Positions 37,165 through 47,536 of a DNA stretch of 64,000 nt are shown one piece after another. The position numbers and the translations under genes are program-made. This DNA comes from Bryobacterales bacterium. Lineage in GTDB: Bacteria; Acidobacteriota; Terriglobia; Bryobacterales; UBA6623. The DNA lies in NCBI GenBank assembly GCA_965242625.1, contig CBDEST010000005.1, forward strand, positions 2,483,767 through 2,547,766, written 5' to 3'. The notes beneath the pieces were generated by a model. It did not search any database, was not told where the DNA came from, and was given only the letters and a program-made list of their open reading frames with translations. Numbering within the stretch: position 1 is the first letter of the stretch; each line of letters starts with the position of its first letter.

Positions 37165-40100
37165 AGAGAAACTCCTTGAAATTGAACAGCGCGTGCGCCA
37201 TCCGGCTCCACACCTCGGAAGCACCTAACAGATCAAGCTGCAGGACGCCTTCTTCTTCGGCGAGCCCCTGCACGAACGCGATCGCGTCCGAGCGTTCCGC
37301 CGGGCGCGGAGCGCGGCCCAACGCCTTGACGTACATGTAGTCCACCCGTGTCTCCGCGCTGTGACCCGCGCCCGCTGCCAGGCGCCGTCCCCACGCCCTC
37401 GCCGCGGCAACCACGAAGGGACTGTTCATCAGCGCCAGCGACTGCGCGGGGACATTGGTCACGTCGCGGCGGCCGCGAGTCGTCGACGGGATCGGCCGGT
37501 CGAAGACTTCCAGGAATGGATTCGTCCGGTTGCGCCGGATCTCTTGGTAGACGCTCCTCCGATTGGTTCCGTAAGTTGCCGAGTCCGGACCCTTGTCGGC
37601 GCCGTACATATCGCGCTCTTGCTGGAATCCGCCGTACATGGTCGCGTCGAGCTGTCCGGATACCGCGAGCAACGAGTCGCGGATGGCTTCGGCTTCGAGC
37701 CTGCGCACGGGCATGTGTTGCAACCAGGCGTTGGACGGGTCTGTCTCCAACGCTCGAGCCGAGGCAGCGCTGCTCGTCCGGTACACGCGAGACGAGACCA
37801 GCAGCTCGATCAAGCCCTTGATCGACCACCCGCTCTCGACGAAATGCGCGGCGAGATAGTCGAGCAATTCGGGATGCGACGGCCGCTCGCCCAGCACGCC
37901 GAAGTTATCGGGTGTCGCGACGAGCCCGCGGCCGAAGACGTACTGCCAGACGCGGTTCGACATCACCCGCGCGGTGAGCGGATTGGACGGGCTGGCAATA
38001 TCCTCAGCCAGCGCGAGGCGCACCAAGCCCGGGTTCGCGTACCGCTCGCCCCCGATGGCTGAGAGGTACTGCCTCGGAACCGGCGACCCCGGCTTGCGCG
38101 GGTCGCCGCGCACCAACAGCGGCTGGTCCGCCGCACCCTCCTCGAGGATGCTTGGGAATCGTTGCGGGACCGGTATCTCGGCTTCCAGCCGGCGATACTC
38201 GGTCACCAGCGGACGGGCCCGCTCGAGTGCTTCCAACGTAGTCGGTAGCAGCCCGCGCCGCACGAAGTAATCCAGGTACGCTGCCTGCAGCTCGTCGACA
38301 CGACCCTCGCGCCACGCTTCGATCGTGGCGACCAACCGCCGCGCGATGAGAGCGGGGATATCTCCTCCCGTTGCTGGAGCGTCTCCGTCCAGCAGGTAGA
38401 GGATCGGCAAGGAAGTCTCTTTCGGTTGAGCCTTGTCGTTGTGGAACGCCACCGCCGCGGCCCCGATCGCCGACCGCGCGTGCCGGGGGCGCTCGGGGCG
38501 CGGCTTCTTGGCCCCGTCGACCGGATCGTAGGAGAAGTTCGTCGAATCCTCGCGGGTAGTGAATTCGACGTATGCAGTGAAGCCCTTCCAGTAGCGAGTG
38601 TCCCAGCTCCACCAGCGCATCTCGTCGCTCTTCGGGCTGTAGCGCTGCTGGTAGATGCCTCCTCCCGGCAGCGGATAGTTCTCGACAATGAGCCGAGCGA
38701 AGCTCATGTCCCCGCCCAGCGCCTTGACGCTGACGTAGTTCGTATCGACCTCGAAGCGCGGAGATTGCATGACGCCGGCGTGCTTGGTCGAGAGGAGGTG
38801 CGTGTACGCGCCGCCCGGGTAGATCCCTTGGATAGCGTCGTCGCCCTTGGGCAGCACCGCGAATTCCCCGGGTACCGACGGGGACCCACTCGCTCCGGTG
38901 CCGTGATGCAGCCAATTTGCGTAATCCTCTCCGCTCAAGTCCCATAGCCGCTCGAAGCGTTCGGCGTTGAATGCCTCGCGGGAATCGATTTCGCGGCGCC
39001 AGCTGCTTCGCAGCTCCTGCCATGACTCTTCCAATTCCGAGTCGGCCTGACCGCCGAGTTCCACGAAGGCGTTCAGCGGGCTCTCGAGATCGCAGGCGGC
39101 CTCCTCGAGCGCGTCGCGAACCGCGTCGTCGGAGACCGCGACGAGCCGCTCTGCCAGAGCGTCCGCCGAGGCAATCCATGCCTCCGCCAACGCGTCGCGG
39201 ATGCCGCGTTTCAAACCTTGCAACTCTTCCACGTGCAGGCTCAGCTCTGTCGGGGAATCCGCGGCCCGCATCGTCGGCCGCGCGCCGTACAGCGTTCCGA
39301 ACAGCGCATAGTAGTCGCGCTGGCTGATGGCGTCGAACTTATGGTCGTGACAGCGCGCGCAAGACACCGTCAGGCCTTGGAAGGTCTTGGACAGGACGTC
39401 GATTTGGTTGTCAGTCCACTTGACGCGTTCCTCCCACGGGTCGACAGGCTGGTAGCCAAGCTCCACGAGTCGGAGGTGGGCGGTGCCGAGAATCGATTCG
39501 TTGATCTTGCCGTCGGCGCTGAGCCGCGGGCGCTCCAACAGATCGCCCGCGACATGCTCGCGCACGAGCTGGTCATAGGGGATGTCTGCGTTTAGCGCTC
39601 GGACCAAGTAGTCCCGGTACCGCCATGCGTTGGGAGTGGAAGGATCGCCCTCGCTCCCGTGGGAATCGGCGTAGCGGATCCAGTCCATCCAATGGCGCGC
39701 CCAGCGCTCTCCGAATCGCTCGGAAGCCAGCAGTCTCCGCACCAGTCTCCCGTACGCATCCGGTCGCTCGTCAGAGAGAAAGGCCGAAATTTCGCCCGGC
39801 GTGGGCGGCAGGCCGGTGATGTCGAATGTCAGCCGGCGGATGAGCGTTCGCCGGTCCGCGGGCGCCGCGGGTTTCATGCCCTCCTGGTCAAGTCGTGCCA
39901 GCACGAAGTTATCCACGGGATTGGCGGGCCAATCCGCGCTGCGGACATCCGGCGGGGTCATCTCTTGGACAGGCTGCCAAGCCCAATGGGCGTCGCGTCG
40001 CTCCGCTAGGTTGAATCCTTCCCCGGAAGCTGCGTCTTCGGCCGGGTCGTCCGGCCAAGGTGCGCCCATGCGAATCCATTCCGCGATCACGTCGATCCGC

Positions 40101-40495
40101 TCCTCGGGCAGCTTGCCCGTCGGCGGCATGATCACCGGCGCGCCTCGCAGCATCTGCATCAGGCGACTTTGCTCGGGGTTGCCCGGCAGGATCGCCGCGC
40201 CGGAGTCGCCGCCCGCGAGCACCGCTTCCCGGCTGTCCAAGCGCAGCCCTGCGAAGGGGGTTTCGACCCTTCCGCTGTGGCATGTGAAACACTGCTCCGC
40301 AAGTAGCGGGCGCACCTCGCGCTCGAAGAACTCGATGTCTTCAGCCGAGGGTTCCGCGCCTAGTGCTTCTCCGGATAGCGTCCCCAACGCGAGTGTCGCC
40401 AAGATCGCTACAGCCGGCCGCACCAGTGATCGAGTGTTATTGCTCGGTACTCGCGTCACAGGTCCCTTGGTATTGGACGGAACCGTCAGTCGCAT
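37154..40495 (-). CDS. Planctomycete cytochrome-c (PSCyt) / DUF1549 / DUF1553 domain protein
   Basis: ATG at 40495 with a signal peptide. The haem motif is CFTCHSG. There are long DUF1549/DUF1553-like blocks (CARCHDHKFD). It overlaps the DUF1501 start by 11 nt. Confidence 0.8.
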   Translation of the reverse strand: MRLTVPSNTKGPVTRVPSNNTRSLVRPAVAILATLALGTLSGEALGAEPSAEDIEFFEREVRPLLAEQCFTCHSGRVETPFAGLRLDSREAVLAGGDSGAAILPGNPEQSRLMQMLRGAPVIMPPTGKLPEERIDVIAEWIRMGAPWPDDPAEDAASGEGFNLAERRDAHWAWQPVQEMTPPDVRSADWPANPVDNFVLARLDQEGMKPAAPADRRTLIRRLTFDITGLPPTPGEISAFLSDERPDAYGRLVRRLLASERFGERWARHWMDWIRYADSHGSEGDPSTPNAWRYRDYLVRALNADIPYDQLVREHVAGDLLERPRLSADGKINESILGTAHLRLVELGYQPVDPWEERVKWTDNQIDVLSKTFQGLTVSCARCHDHKFDAISQRDYYALFGTLYGARPTMRAADSPTELSLHVEELQGLKRGIRDALAEAWIASADALAERLVAVSDDAVRDALEEAACDLESPLNAFVELGGQADSELEESWQELRSSWRREIDSREAFNAERFERLWDLSGEDYANWLHHGTGASGSPSVPGEFAVLPKGDDAIQGIYPGGAYTHLLSTKHAGVMQSPRFEVDTNYVSVKALGGDMSFARLIVENYPLPGGGIYQQRYSPKSDEMRWWSWDTRYWKGFTAYVEFTTREDSTNFSYDPVDGAKKPRPERPRHARSAIGAAAVAFHNDKAQPKETSLPILYLLDGDAPATGGDIPALIARRLVATIEAWREGRVDELQAAYLDYFVRRGLLPTTLEALERARPLVTEYRRLEAEIPVPQRFPSILEEGAADQPLLVRGDPRKPGSPVPRQYLSAIGGERYANPGLVRLALAEDIASPSNPLTARVMSNRVWQYVFGRGLVATPDNFGVLGERPSHPELLDYLAAHFVESGWSIKGLIELLVSSRVYRTSSAASARALETDPSNAWLQHMPVRRLEAEAIRDSLLAVSGQLDATMYGGFQQERDMYGADKGPDSATYGTNRRSVYQEIRRNRTNPFLEVFDRPIPSTTRGRRDVTNVPAQSLALMNSPFVVAAARAWGRRLAAGAGHSAETRVDYMYVKALGRAPRPAERSDAIAFVQGLAEEEGVLQLDLLGASEVWSRMAHALFNFKEFLYVR

Positions 40496-40943
40496 GGAAC
40501 TGGCGATCCTATCGGTCGCCTAATACTACAACCGACGGCAGCGATCATTGCAAGCGAACCGAAGCAATCTCTCGCACCGTCGGTCGTAGATCGGTTGCTA
40601 ATGGCAGGTCAGCCCGCAGCGGGGTCCGCGTCCGCAGTCGCTGTCGCTTCTGGTATCGCCTCTGACCGCGCCCCCGACGGCCGAGCTGTTGTAAAGGAGC
40701 ATGTCTCCCACGCCGCGCCATGCTGCGCGGGCAATCACGCCAGAGAAGCGAGCGTGCCAGCCGCTCGCAAGTTCGATTTGCGCATCTGAACCATTACGTC
40801 CGCGCGGCGCGTCAAGCCGCGCCGGTTTCAGCAACTCCAGCACGACAGCGCTGTGCGCAGTTCGGCCGCGGCCCCTCCGGCCAGTCTCAGGCCTCTGGCC
40901 GTCCACCGTGCGAGGCGGATCCCGCGCTCGTGCTGGTCGGCTG

Positions 40944-41255
40944 TCACGGTTCCGCTAGGCCAGCAGCGCAAGCACTGTGATCAGGATCGCCAGCGCGGTG
41001 AAGCCTAGGATGATCGTCCAGCGCGGCGTTGATTCTCGCGCTCTGGGCGTCGATCTTCGCGCCCCGAGTTTCGAGCGCGGCGTCGATCTTTGCGTTCTGG
41101 ACGCGGATCTCCGCGATTACGTTCTGGCCGGCCATGCTCTCCGTCCCTCGGACGAAAGCGTACGCCTCGTCATCGGCGGCGCCCAGCTTGCGCAGGGTCA
41201 CGAACATTTGCTGCTCGCTGGGCTGGATCGGGGTGTCGGGCGTGGGGGCGTCCAT
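40944..41255 (-). CDS. Hypothetical coiled-coil protein; possible frameshift before a C-terminal TM helix
   Basis: The coil reads IAEIRVQNAKIDAALETRGAKIDAQSARI. The +1 frame reads WTIILGFTALAILITVLALLA* and ends at 40955. Confidence 0.35.
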   Translation of the reverse strand: MDAPTPDTPIQPSEQQMFVTLRKLGAADDEAYAFVRGTESMAGQNVIAEIRVQNAKIDAALETRGAKIDAQSARINAALDDHPRLHRAGDPDHSACAAGLAEP

Positions 41256-41915
41256 GAGTCGCGTTCAGTGTACGACGCCGCGACGCAACGTGGATGCCGC
41301 AGTCTTGTCCAACGAGAAGTGAGCTTCCGTGTTGGCAGCCGAAGATGGTCTGCACGCCATCCGGCAAAGCCAGGGGCCTGTGCTGGCACCCGTGCAGAGG
41401 GCCGGCCGGGCTGCCGCAACGGCCCTTGGTTGGCCTCTCGGCTCGCGGCAGGCCGCGTTCGGGTTGCATTCCGGTGCTCGCCGCGTAGCCTAGTCTCCAG
41501 CCTACCCGCGCAGTGCGGGAATTCCGCACTCGGCCGGCTACGAACGAGGAACGGAAGCGCGCTCAAGGCCGCGTCGCCGACATCAGCCCGGCCCCGCGCT
41601 CCCGCCCGCTTGGCGCGTCCTGCGAATCCCGCTGGAAGCGGCGCACCGCGGCTATGTGCCCCCGAACCCATCTCGAAGCTGACGCTCGTGGCTGTCCCGG
41701 TCCTGTGACAGTTCCGTGCCTGTCCCGGAGGGAAGGCATTGTGTAAAGTACGGTGGATGACCGTTCTGGGCCATGCAGTTCGCTATCTGGTTCTGCCCGA
41801 TGAAGTGCAAGCGCGGAACTTCGTTCTCAATGGAGCTGCGGTTTTTCGCGCGCAGGGAAGGCGCACCACGCGACAAGTCCAGCCGCTCCAGTAATCACGG
41901 CAGGAAGAGAGTTCG

Positions 41916-42806
41916 ATGGCGACCTATCGCCTAGCTAGCGCTGCCACTGGGGATGCCCGCGACGGTTTTGTAGTTGCGGTTCGTCAAGAACTGGGCCGTC
42001 ATGGATTCCTCGATGTCACTCGTCGGACCGACAAGCGGCGGCTGTGGAAGCACAAGCAGGCCAAACAGACCGTGCTGGGCGTAAGGAGAGACCGCGGCCA
42101 ACGGTTCGGGGCTGCGCACGACCCGCTGGACGAAGCTGTCCTGCTCGTGGGCGGAGCGAGCAGACGAGAGCGGCTCTACATGTACGAGTACGCCATCCGG
42201 TGCTGGGGGGAAGAGTGGAAGGAGGACGGCCTGCTTCGGAAACTTGATGCCCGTGCAAAGCAAGCGAGCGACTGCATGGACGGTGGTGATGTCGGTATGC
42301 CTGCATCGATCCCGTTTCGGGAGATGCTGGAGTCGCTTGAACGGCATCGATCCGATCTCGAGGAACGATTCTCTCCCGGGAAGATAGAGTCAACGCTCGA
42401 AGAACTGTCCAACCGATATTCACCCACCCGCGAGCAGCTCCGCTCACGGTTGGTCAGGTTGCTAGTGCCTGACGCCAACGAAGGGATTCCCGCGGGCGCG
42501 CTGCCGCCCGGCTTAGCTGAGCCGCATTGCCCGGATGGTCCGAAGGGCCCGCCGTCCATCGACTTCGAAGCACTTGTGAGTGGACGCGGAGCCATCGATG
42601 AGCAAGCCCCGTTCCAAGTGACCTTCGAGGATCGGTCCTGCACGGATCGAGCGGCGGCTGAGGACCGGGTGAATGAATGGCTTCGGGAGCCGAATCCCGC
42701 GTTGGGGAGACGCAGTCCCGATGACATCCTGCGCGAGGGAGACCAGGCGCTACTGGACTATCTCTTCGGATTGATCGCGGGCATCGAGTGTGGTGTGCAT
42801 TCATGA
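41916..42806 (+). CDS. ParS/MbcA/Xre-type antitoxin-like protein (C-terminal DUF2384-like domain) with long N-terminal extension
   Basis: AGGAAGAG lies before ATG 41916. The C-terminus is VNEWLREPNPALGRRSPDDILREGDQALLDYLFGLIAGIECGVHS. The stop overlaps the next start (ATGA). Confidence 0.5.
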   Translation: MATYRLASAATGDARDGFVVAVRQELGRHGFLDVTRRTDKRRLWKHKQAKQTVLGVRRDRGQRFGAAHDPLDEAVLLVGGASRRERLYMYEYAIRCWGEEWKEDGLLRKLDARAKQASDCMDGGDVGMPASIPFREMLESLERHRSDLEERFSPGKIESTLEELSNRYSPTREQLRSRLVRLLVPDANEGIPAGALPPGLAEPHCPDGPKGPPSIDFEALVSGRGAIDEQAPFQVTFEDRSCTDRAAAEDRVNEWLREPNPALGRRSPDDILREGDQALLDYLFGLIAGIECGVHS

Positions 42807-43090
42807 ACGCAAGCCCTGTTTCCAGCACTTGGTTTCGAGCGGTGCAGACGCAGTATCTGAGCAACCCGTTGGGCTTCGCCCACACACCCGCAACGCCGAG
42901 CCGCTATAGTGCGGGCACGGGCCAATACCCGCTGCTGTACTTGGCCCCCGCCCCGTTAACGGCCCTTCGCGAGCATCGAGCTTTCGTGCGACTCCCCGGC
43001 CTGCCCGGACGAATTGGCCTGCTCCCGACTGGCTCGGCCGCTTCCGTCGTAGTGTTCTCCGAGTTCATTCCAATCCGAAAACGAGCCTGA
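42803..43090 (+). pseudogene. RES-domain toxin (NAD+ phosphorylase family), probably 3'-truncated
   Basis: STWFRAVQTQYLSNPLGFAHTPATPSRYSAGTGQYPLLYLAPAPLTALRE fits the RES N-terminal half. Only 95 codons are present, and the expected Ser region is missing. Confidence 0.45.
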
Positions 43091-44139
43091 AGCGTGGTCG
43101 AGGGATGGGATGTGGGAACAGGGCGATTAGCGGCCCTGCGGGTCTACTGGCGCGTCCACGAAGTCGTGCCCCCCACCGGCCGCCCCGGCCGCGTCCACCG
43201 GTGCCTGCCGCGGCACGTCAGCGGCCGCGTCCTCGAGCGGGATTGTCACTACCAGCCGCGGCCGGGCCCCGGATCTGCGCGCCGATCTCGGCACGCGGAT
43301 GTCCGATCGCCACAGCATGGTCACGAGGTCCTTGCAGTAGGCGATCGCATTCAGCGGGATGCACTCCCCGGTGGCGGTCGACTGGACATGCTCATGGCGG
43401 CCCGTCCGCAGATCGATCTCCACCTCCACTTGGATCTCCCCCGGCAGCCGTCAGGGAGCGACACCTCGGCGTCGCTGGGATACCTGGGCGTCTGGAGCGC
43501 GCCCTTGGTGCCCGGCGGCACCGAGATAGCGAAGCTACATGTCCCGAATCTCGTCAACGTTGATCCTCGCTCTCGTCCGTCATCGGCTGCCGCCCCATCC
43601 GAAGACATAGGGGGTTCCTCGGGACCGGCAGGTTGTCGCCCGTGAACAACGTTCGGTCGCTATGCCCTGTCATGTAGCACCTCCGTTGCTCCCATGTGCC
43701 CGGGCGGATCTCAGCCGTCGCGAGCGCGCCTGTCTCGGATCACGATACCATCGCCACGCCCGTCACGCAGCTCCACTCAGTCCGCCAAGCGGCGGCCCGG
43801 CCGTGCTGAAGCCCGCTTGAAGCTCGACATGAAACCGGGGGAAGCGGCCCGCGCGATTTTCCGCGCCTTCACCCGCATCAACGCCGTACGCTTGCAGGAG
43901 CAAACTGCCAGAGTCCTCGCCTGACCGATGTCGGGCGCGGGTTTCGGCACTCGCGATCAATTGACCTCCTTCATCTCCACAGACTCTCGTCCGGCGTACC
44001 GCGCCCGTGGCTCGGTGACCCGCCGCTCCGCTTCGCCTGACGCCCGTGATCGACTGGAATCTGCACACGATCTCTCGCTGATTTTCCTCCTTGGGAATTC
44101 AGGCTAGCTGAGAACCTCGCGAAGGGTACAATCGAATCT

Positions 44140-44832
44140 GTGGAAAGGGCAGGTGCAGGCGGGGTGAACCCGCGAGTCTATGTCGAGACGTCGGTCGTCG
44201 GCTACCTGACTGCACGTCCCGCACGCGATGTCGTGATGTTGGGCAATCAACTCGCGACGCGCGCGTGGTGGCCAGATGTTCCGAACCGCTTTGACCTCGT
44301 CGTTTCCGAATTAGTGCTTGACGAGGTTGCCGCGGGAGATCCTACGGAGGCACGAGCCCGCCGAACTGCGGTAGCGTCGCTCCCGGTGCTGGCGTTCGAC
44401 AAGGAGTCCGCTGATCTCGGCCGTCACTCGATCCAGAGTCACGCTATCCCGTCGGGTGCAGAACAGCACGCCGCGCACGTTGCCATCGCAGCGGTAAGCG
44501 GAGTGGATTACCTTGCGACATGGAATCTCCGGCACATCGCTAATCCGCGACTGATCCCGCTGATCGACAAGTCGTGTCGGGACAGGGGCTATGCTCCTGC
44601 GGTGATCTGCACCCCAGTTCAGCTCCAGGGGCATGACGTGGAAGACACAGAACGCGATCCCATCATGGCGGAACTGCGGGAAATCCGCGCCCAAGTGGTG
44701 GCCGAGGTCGGCAACGATCCAAGGGCGATCATGGAGTACGTCAAGTGGACGAAGGCGGCCGCCGCAGGCAGCGGCGGACAGCCCCCGCGTGGCGAGAGTG
44801 CATCGGCGTTAGGCGAGCGCTCGAAGCCGTGA
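44140..44832 (+). CDS. PIN-domain (VapC-like) protein with a fused C-terminal partner-like tail
   Basis: VYVETSVVGYLTARPARD ... AAHVAIAAVSGVDYLATWNLRHIAN. The tail is DPIMAELREIRAQVVAEVGNDPRAIMEYV, which is usually a separate small ORF. Confidence 0.6.
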   Translation: MERAGAGGVNPRVYVETSVVGYLTARPARDVVMLGNQLATRAWWPDVPNRFDLVVSELVLDEVAAGDPTEARARRTAVASLPVLAFDKESADLGRHSIQSHAIPSGAEQHAAHVAIAAVSGVDYLATWNLRHIANPRLIPLIDKSCRDRGYAPAVICTPVQLQGHDVEDTERDPIMAELREIRAQVVAEVGNDPRAIMEYVKWTKAAAAGSGGQPPRGESASALGERSKP

Positions 44833-46188
44833 CGGACTGACCTTCCCGCGTCCACGAAGCCCGCGAGGATGGCATGGCATCCCCTCGTAGTCAGGGCAGG
44901 TGGCTTGGCCTTCGTCCCGGGAGCGAGTGCACGTCTCGGCGCGAAGTCATCCGTTGATCGACGTGCGCTCTACGGTCGTTCGTCGGCCGCCGGGCGTCGT
45001 TGTATTGCGGGTGGGTGCGGTTGGAGGGCTAGCGCTGCCTAGTAGCCACAAGTGCTGCTGAACAGCAGGTTGCGGATCGCGTTACGGGATCCTGCTGACG
45101 GGCCATTTCCAAGCCAGCCGAGTGTTCCAAGATGGCTTTGGTCAGCGTTTCGTAGCCGCGCCACCTGAGCTGTTGGCCCGGCTCCGCGTCATGCTTGCGG
45201 TTCCGATGGCCGCCGAGGTGGGCCACAAAGCGCACCGCCGCCCGAGGGCATTGGACCGCGCAAGCCGAACTGACGCGCTTGGACGCCGAGGAAACCCGGC
45301 TCGTCGTCGAACAGCAACACCGCGGCGAATACGGGCACCTGCCGCCACAGCAGCGTCATCACCATCAGGCGCCAGTTGATTACGCTGTTGATAGCCAGCG
45401 CTGCGAGTCGTATTTGACGATTTGGATGGCGTCCGCCACCTCCGCCACGTTCACCGACTTCAGCAGGTTCCACTGCACGGCCTACTCGTCGCCCGGCGGC
45501 GAGCACTCGACGAGATACACCCTGTACAGGTCGACCGGCGCGGAGTCCGCGCGGGTCGCGGGCAGCGAAAGCCTCCGGAACCGCAGCTCGCAGACCGCCA
45601 AGCACTTCCGGCGTGCGATCTCGACCTCCACGCAGTCGGCGGCCGGCCCCTCGGCTAGTGCGGCGAAGAGCCTCCGACCCTGACCCTCCAAGTTGCAGTC
45701 GTGCTGCCTACGCACCAGCAGGTCCACCTGCCGTGGCGACGCTGCGCGTCGACCAGCTCGAAGCAGTCGGCTTCCCGGTCCATCATCGCGATCACCCGCG
45801 TCCGGCGCGGTAACCAGCGCACCGCTTCCGCGATGCCTGCGTAGCCGTCGAATCAGCGGCGAGTCTTCGTGCCCCGGGCCCGCGCCGGCGTGCCGAACCC
45901 GCACCGCAGCATGCCCAGCGGCGGCCCCTGCGCGGTCACCGCCAGCGTCAGATGCAGATGCAGCCCCAGCGTGCCCGTGCCGATCTGGTTGCGCCCGACC
46001 ACTTACAGGCCGGCGCAGCCCGGGCGCGTTGCGAAGTTCAGGTCGCTGCCGTCCTAGAGGCAGAGCACTGTTGGCTGCCCGCGCATGTCCCGCGCGCTCC
46101 GTGCGATGCGGCGCCAGAATGTGCGCCGGCGTCACCCCCGAGTCTGCCGGCCGCTCGATCCTGTGCTGGTGTTACTTGGATTCCGCTT

Positions 46189-46776
46189 TCAGCGTTGCCC
46201 GAAAGCGATACCAATCGTATAATGCCAACGCTGTTCGTCGGAATATCGCACTCCGAATGCGAATCCGAATCCGCGTGTCACCTTGACCACGGACTGGATA
46301 CCGTAACCTAGGATCACGTTGGAGTCATAACGGCGTTGCGTATGCGATGGACAGTAGCTATCGAGCAGGCCGCAATCGCTCGACTCCCAACTGTGATCCG
46401 TGGAAGCGTATCCGACAACACCAACGGGTATGATCGCCACGCGGTCATGTCGCCACGGAAGGTATCCGATGGGCATCGAAACTCCGTGTCTCGAAATACT
46501 GTCAGTGAAGCCCTCGAGGATCTCCTTGCTCTGCCCGCCCGCGATGCGGTTCCACTCGAATCCCAAGAGGAATCCGTGCCATACACCGCCAACACCCAAC
46601 CCGCCGAAATTACCGGCCTCCTTGAGGTGGACGCGGTCGCTTCCGGGGTACGCCGCAGCACTGCGACCGCGGGTCGCTTGTGTGGGCGCGTGAACGCCGT
46701 ACAACAGTACCTCTCCGGCCTTCACCGTTCCTTGCATCGCTGCAAACATCGCGAGAATCGTTACCACGTTCTTCAT
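46189..46776 (-). CDS. Outer-membrane beta-barrel-like protein
   Basis: AGGAAAG lies before ATG 46776. The signal is MKNVVTILAMFAAMQGTVKA. An alternating Gly/aromatic pattern runs through the protein. The C-terminal strand is HYTIGIAFGQR. Confidence 0.5.
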   Translation of the reverse strand: MKNVVTILAMFAAMQGTVKAGEVLLYGVHAPTQATRGRSAAAYPGSDRVHLKEAGNFGGLGVGGVWHGFLLGFEWNRIAGGQSKEILEGFTDSISRHGVSMPIGYLPWRHDRVAIIPVGVVGYASTDHSWESSDCGLLDSYCPSHTQRRYDSNVILGYGIQSVVKVTRGFGFAFGVRYSDEQRWHYTIGIAFGQR

Positions 46777-47536
46777 GAGTGTCTTTCCTTTCTGCGGCCT
46801 AGGCCGCACACTCAACCGCCAACGTGTCGGGCGTCAGTTGGCGGCATTTCGTGATCAATCTCAGCCCCGCCCGGACCAGCCTGTCTGACAACCGCTCGCA
46901 CAGCGAGACACTTGCCAGAATCCCTTTCAGAGGAGTGGAGACTCTAAAGTCGTGCCTCCGCGTCCTGTCGCAATGAAACGCCAGCCGGCATACGTTACTC
47001 TGAGCCCTCTCGGCCCACACTGAACTGCTGCTGCATTGAAACAAAACACCGCTCTGGAGGTCGATTTCGACTGTTGCGAATACACCTCCCCCCACCCAGC
47101 CGCCGGTCGCGGCTGGCTCCGCGATTTCCAGCCATGGCCGAGCCGGGGCTCGGCGGCGGGGGCGTCCGGCCCGAGTTGGCGACGAATGTGGATTCTGCTT
47201 TGGAGGAGAGCACCGACTCGCGCCGGCCTCTCGCTAGTGAAGGATGGCCTGCTCGGACCCAGACTGCTGTTGGGGCATGCGCACCAATGAATGGAGGGGC
47301 TTGACTGCCGGACACCCCCGCCGCCCCGACTCTACCACGGTCGGTGCTCCTTGTTTCGTTCTTGGAGGATCCGGGCGCAGCCCGGTGGTGGGACTGCTGT
47401 TCGACGGGTTCCGAGCCATCATTCGGCCGAGCCGATCATAAACCGAGAAGTCAGTCCCGAGTGCGCTCGCATTGGCGGGAGCCGGCCTCGCGACCGGCTC
47501 CCCCGTTTCAGTGCCGCGCGTCGGCGCGGGCCCGGT

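Noticed and set aside
43094-43650. ORFs 43094..43645(+), 43127..43429(-) and 43351..43608(-) might be real genes.
   Set aside because: I recognised no family motifs apart from the ~12-residue methyltransferase-like N-terminus at 43554..43673. The region looks like rearrangement debris.
45000-46150. There may be an IS630-like transposase remnant on the minus strand (peptide AVLLFDDEPGFLGVQ resembles the DDE first-Asp region).
   Set aside because: Only one short motif is visible and it is spread over several broken frames. I could not find TIRs, or the 107-bp MITE ends, nearby. The evidence is too weak to annotate.
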